The position numbers were made by a program, and so were the translations under genes. Source: Nitrososphaeria archaeon (GTDB taxonomy: Archaea; Thermoproteota; Nitrososphaeria; JACIWG01). Taken from it: 64,000 bases of DNA. Positions 61,300-64,000 of this stretch are shown here, in pieces (within the stretch, counting starts at the first letter, position 1; each line of letters starts with the position of its first letter). Location of the stretch: assembly GCA_963752255.1 (NCBI GenBank), contig CAVVXT010000014.1, positions 146,022-210,021 of the forward strand, given 5' to 3'. The notes beneath the pieces are model-generated. The model made no database searches, was not told the DNA's origin, and worked only from the letters and a program-made list of their open reading frames with translations.

Positions 61300-62082
61300 T
61301 TGAGTATACAAATGAAGACTTTCAATTCAACCTTTTTGAGATGGTTAAACATCATTGCTTATGTGCTTACTGTGCTGGTTAACGGCTTAGCCGGTAGTAC
61401 TACGATTCTCGGTGGTAGAAACACAGCTCAGGTTTCTGATGCGAACCCAACGTTAGTAACTCCTGCAGGTTACGTATTCTCTATCTGGGGTGTCATTTAC
61501 ATCCTGTTAGGGGTTTTTGTAGTCTTTCAAGCATTGCCCGCTGAGCAGGGGAAAAACTTTCAAAAACGTATTGGCCCACTATTTATCTTGAGCAGTATAT
61601 TGAATATTACATGGCTTTTCCTTTGGCAGTATGAGTTTCTTAGTCTGTCCGTTGTTCTCATGTTCCTGTTACTTGTAACTCTGATTTTGATATACCTGCG
61701 CCTTAACATCGGAAAATCTAAGTCTCCGACGCGTGAAAAACTGGCTGTTAATCTGCCTTTCAGCGTTTACCTAGGTTGGATCACCATCGCATCTATTGCC
61801 AACGTATCTGTCACGCTGGTTTCAATGAAATGGGACGGATTCGGAATAAGCCCAGAGACATGGGCCACCCTAATCATAATCGTCGCCATGGTGATTGCTC
61901 TACTAGTTATAGCAACAAGGAAAGACGTAGCGTATGGACTAGTCATCATCTGGGCGCTAGTCGGCATCTCTGTAATGCAAAGCGGAAATCAGAGCATAGT
62001 CACAACAGCTGAAATAGGTGCAATTATCTTAGCAATATCATTGATTGTCATTGTCGTCTTTGTAGAATTCAAGCGTCGATGA
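61300..62082 (+). CDS. TspO-like tryptophan-rich sensory membrane protein
   Basis: TPAGYVFSIWGVIY, LNITWLFLW, PFSVYLGWITIA. Confidence 0.82.
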   Translation: MSIQMKTFNSTFLRWLNIIAYVLTVLVNGLAGSTTILGGRNTAQVSDANPTLVTPAGYVFSIWGVIYILLGVFVVFQALPAEQGKNFQKRIGPLFILSSILNITWLFLWQYEFLSLSVVLMFLLLVTLILIYLRLNIGKSKSPTREKLAVNLPFSVYLGWITIASIANVSVTLVSMKWDGFGISPETWATLIIIVAMVIALLVIATRKDVAYGLVIIWALVGISVMQSGNQSIVTTAEIGAIILAISLIVIVVFVEFKRR

Positions 62083-62130
62083 ATTCCCTTAGGATTACAA
62101 AATGGTGGACTCTTAAGAAGCATAATTTAA

Positions 62131-62660
62131 TCAATGTATCGGATTTGGGGTTATGCGAGCTAGTGGTTGATCAAATTTTGTAGTCTCTAGGTGACCCCCC
62201 CCCCATTGCTCAATTTTGGGTAAGGAGGATTTTGAGGATCTAAAATGTATCATTATTCCTGCTTGATCAAGTTTTGTATATTTGGCAAACATTTTGAGAT
62301 CTCCGTATTTAATTGCTTCCAAGGGCATTTCGCTGCGAAAGATAGATTCACGCCAAGATGCCCTACCAAAGATGAAACCTCCAGATATGTGGCAATACAC
62401 GTGAAGAAAGAAACTTTCTCCATCGTCTTCCTTCCATTCAGCCAGTATTTCATCACGCATAAAGTGTGTGTAGATCCTTGGTATCTGTTTACTATTGTAA
62501 TCGGGTCCGATTGTGAGAAAAAGTCGCCTGCGGTGTCAAAATGAGTAAGCGTGTACCTTCTAGGTAAAATAAGAATTTCTTGTGAGGCTCCTGGTGCAAA
62601 CAGGACATGCAGTTTTTTCGGATCGAGGCGACCCAAATTAATATTTTGCCTCCTGATCAT
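62131..62660 (-). pseudogene. Staygreen (Mg-dechelatase-like) family protein, frameshifted
   Basis: PRRYTLTH.D..G then, after a shift near 62520, FLTIG...MRDEILAEW...LHVYCHISGG...IF..E.PL.AI.YGD...E.WG; possible second shift in the C-run near 62195. Confidence 0.85.
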
Positions 62661-62663
62661 TGA

Positions 62664-63527
62664 TTAGTAGGAAGTCAAACCTAAGATTTCTAGCGTCTTT
62701 TCCCATAATTGTTTTTGCAATTGCCTATCCTGCGATATTTGTGGAGTTGTTTTTTCCTGTTTCTTTGCAAAACATTTTCCAGTAACGTTGCTTACATCTT
62801 CGGACGAGGCTACATAAAGAGAAGTTTCAGCTCCCTTCTCCGCGCTAACCTGCATGGGACGAACCAGCTTGAACATTATGGAAGATACAAGGCTTCCGCT
62901 GTTTCTTCCAAGATTTGTTGCAACGAAGCCGGGTAAAACTACGTTGGCAGTTACTCCAGTACCCTCAAGCCGGCGCGCAAGCTCATAGGTGAACATGGTG
63001 ACCATCAGTTTGGCGTTGGCATAAACTGATGGTCCTGAATGGTTAAACTCTTTTTCACCTTTTAGGCCGTCAAGATCGACTTGCCCACTCTTTTGTAGCC
63101 CTGAGCTCAAATTTATTATTCTTGAGGGCGCGCTAGACTTGAGCAAGGGTAAAAGTTCATGAGTAAGCAGAAACGGCCCAAAATAGTCTACGGCTAAAGT
63201 CCTTTCTAGACCCTCAATTGTTACTTCTCGGGAGTTGAAGGCTGCTCCCGCATTGTTAATCAGCACATCTAGCCTATTATATTTGCCTCTGAATTCCTCG
63301 GCAAATTTTCGTATCGAATTCATCAACGAAAGGTCACAATTCATAAGGTCTATGGAGCTATTCCCGCTTTTGTTAATTATTTCAGCTCTGGCTTTTCCAC
63401 CACGTTCCATGTTGCGCACCACCATTACGACGTACGCGCCCATCTGCGCTAAACCCAAAGCAGTCTCTTTTCCAATACCCGAGTTACTTCCTGTTACAAT
63501 ACAAACCTTACCTGTCATTCCATTCAT
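62664..63527 (-). CDS. SDR family oxidoreductase (retinol dehydrogenase-like)
   Basis: TGSNSGIG, DLS, INNAG, YANAK, PGFVAT. Confidence 0.93.
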   Translation of the reverse strand: MNGMTGKVCIVTGSNSGIGKETALGLAQMGAYVVMVVRNMERGGKARAEIINKSGNSSIDLMNCDLSLMNSIRKFAEEFRGKYNRLDVLINNAGAAFNSREVTIEGLERTLAVDYFGPFLLTHELLPLLKSSAPSRIINLSSGLQKSGQVDLDGLKGEKEFNHSGPSVYANAKLMVTMFTYELARRLEGTGVTANVVLPGFVATNLGRNSGSLVSSIMFKLVRPMQVSAEKGAETSLYVASSEDVSNVTGKCFAKKQEKTTPQISQDRQLQKQLWEKTLEILGLTSY

Positions 63528-64000
63528 TTTTCATTCACGACCCTGATTTTTGATTGCAGCTGCATTTGAAATCTTGAGATTCCTTTACTCATTCTATTCA
63601 GCTCAAACAACATATTTAGTCCCTTTACCAGCATTTTCAACGCATAAGCTAATAGAATCAAATAATAAAGTAAATCGGAAACAAAACACATTTTTGGCAG
63701 TCAACTATTCGGCCGTCGATGAGGTCCCTTTAAGACCTGATGTAACAATGTTATTAGAAAACTAAGCATGTATTCTAATACTAAACCTAATTATTCTCAG
63801 AAAAATTGGATCAATAAGGCTATTTCCATTAAATTAAAAGCTCTTTTTCACTATCTAAGCGCGTTGCTGGCTGAATATATCGCCATAACTCCTTCCAGAT
63901 CCCTCACCGCTAACTCGAGTGGGAAGGGAACTTCAGAGTTCTCTTCGATGCTTTTTTTAAAATCCCAGCAATACGTAATCTGTCAACACGCACACAACAT

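Noticed and set aside
1-64000. Genome-wide TAG recoding (pyrrolysine)
   Set aside because: Many intact genes (hsp20, pmbA, tyrA, ABC ATPase) end at TAG at the expected position, and no pyl genes are in the window.
63853-64000. Minus-strand peptide DFKKSIEENSEVPFPLELAVRDLEGVMAIYSAS resembling a Gfo/Idh/MocA C-terminus
   Set aside because: Too short, preceded by an in-frame stop and at the window edge; cannot be supported.
1-64000. tRNA, rRNA, transposase or integrase genes
   Set aside because: No cloverleaf with a T-loop consensus, rRNA signature or DDE/tyrosine-recombinase motif was recognised by eye.

Overview
Archaeal chromosomal DNA, probably from a TACK lineage. The evidence is GGTGA-type ribosome-binding sites, TATA-like promoters and archaeal CDC48/Hsp20/Hjc/Dph6 genes. 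1-11 kb: housekeeping genes (cdc48-hsp20 with a divergent Phr/HSR1-like regulator, a surE pseudogene, tldD/pmbA, a PEPCK-like P-loop protein, glnA, and a dph6 + class I glutaminase pair). 12-24 kb: a complete bacterial-type shikimate to Phe/Tyr supercluster in two convergent operons. The first gene of the aro operon carries an N-terminal winged-HTH domain that the ORF track missed, fused to the transketolase N-subunit and interrupted by one in-frame TAG. It faces a divergent V4R-HEPN-like gene across an intergenic region rich in inverted repeats; this is the best candidate for an undescribed system. 25-33 kb: surface proteins and a gene-poor, mobile-element-like island with iteron-like arrays. 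33-44 kb: transporters and enzymes, including a QueT / TGT-DpdA-like / QueT chimera. 44-61 kb: a large sugar or sugar-acid catabolic island containing an unusual periodic repeat block whose repeated word changes along its length. 61-64 kb: TspO-like, Staygreen-like and SDR genes. Many single-base frameshifts may be assembly errors. No rRNA, tRNA, CRISPR array or intact transposase/integrase was recognised. All family assignments come from motif recognition by eye, not database searches.
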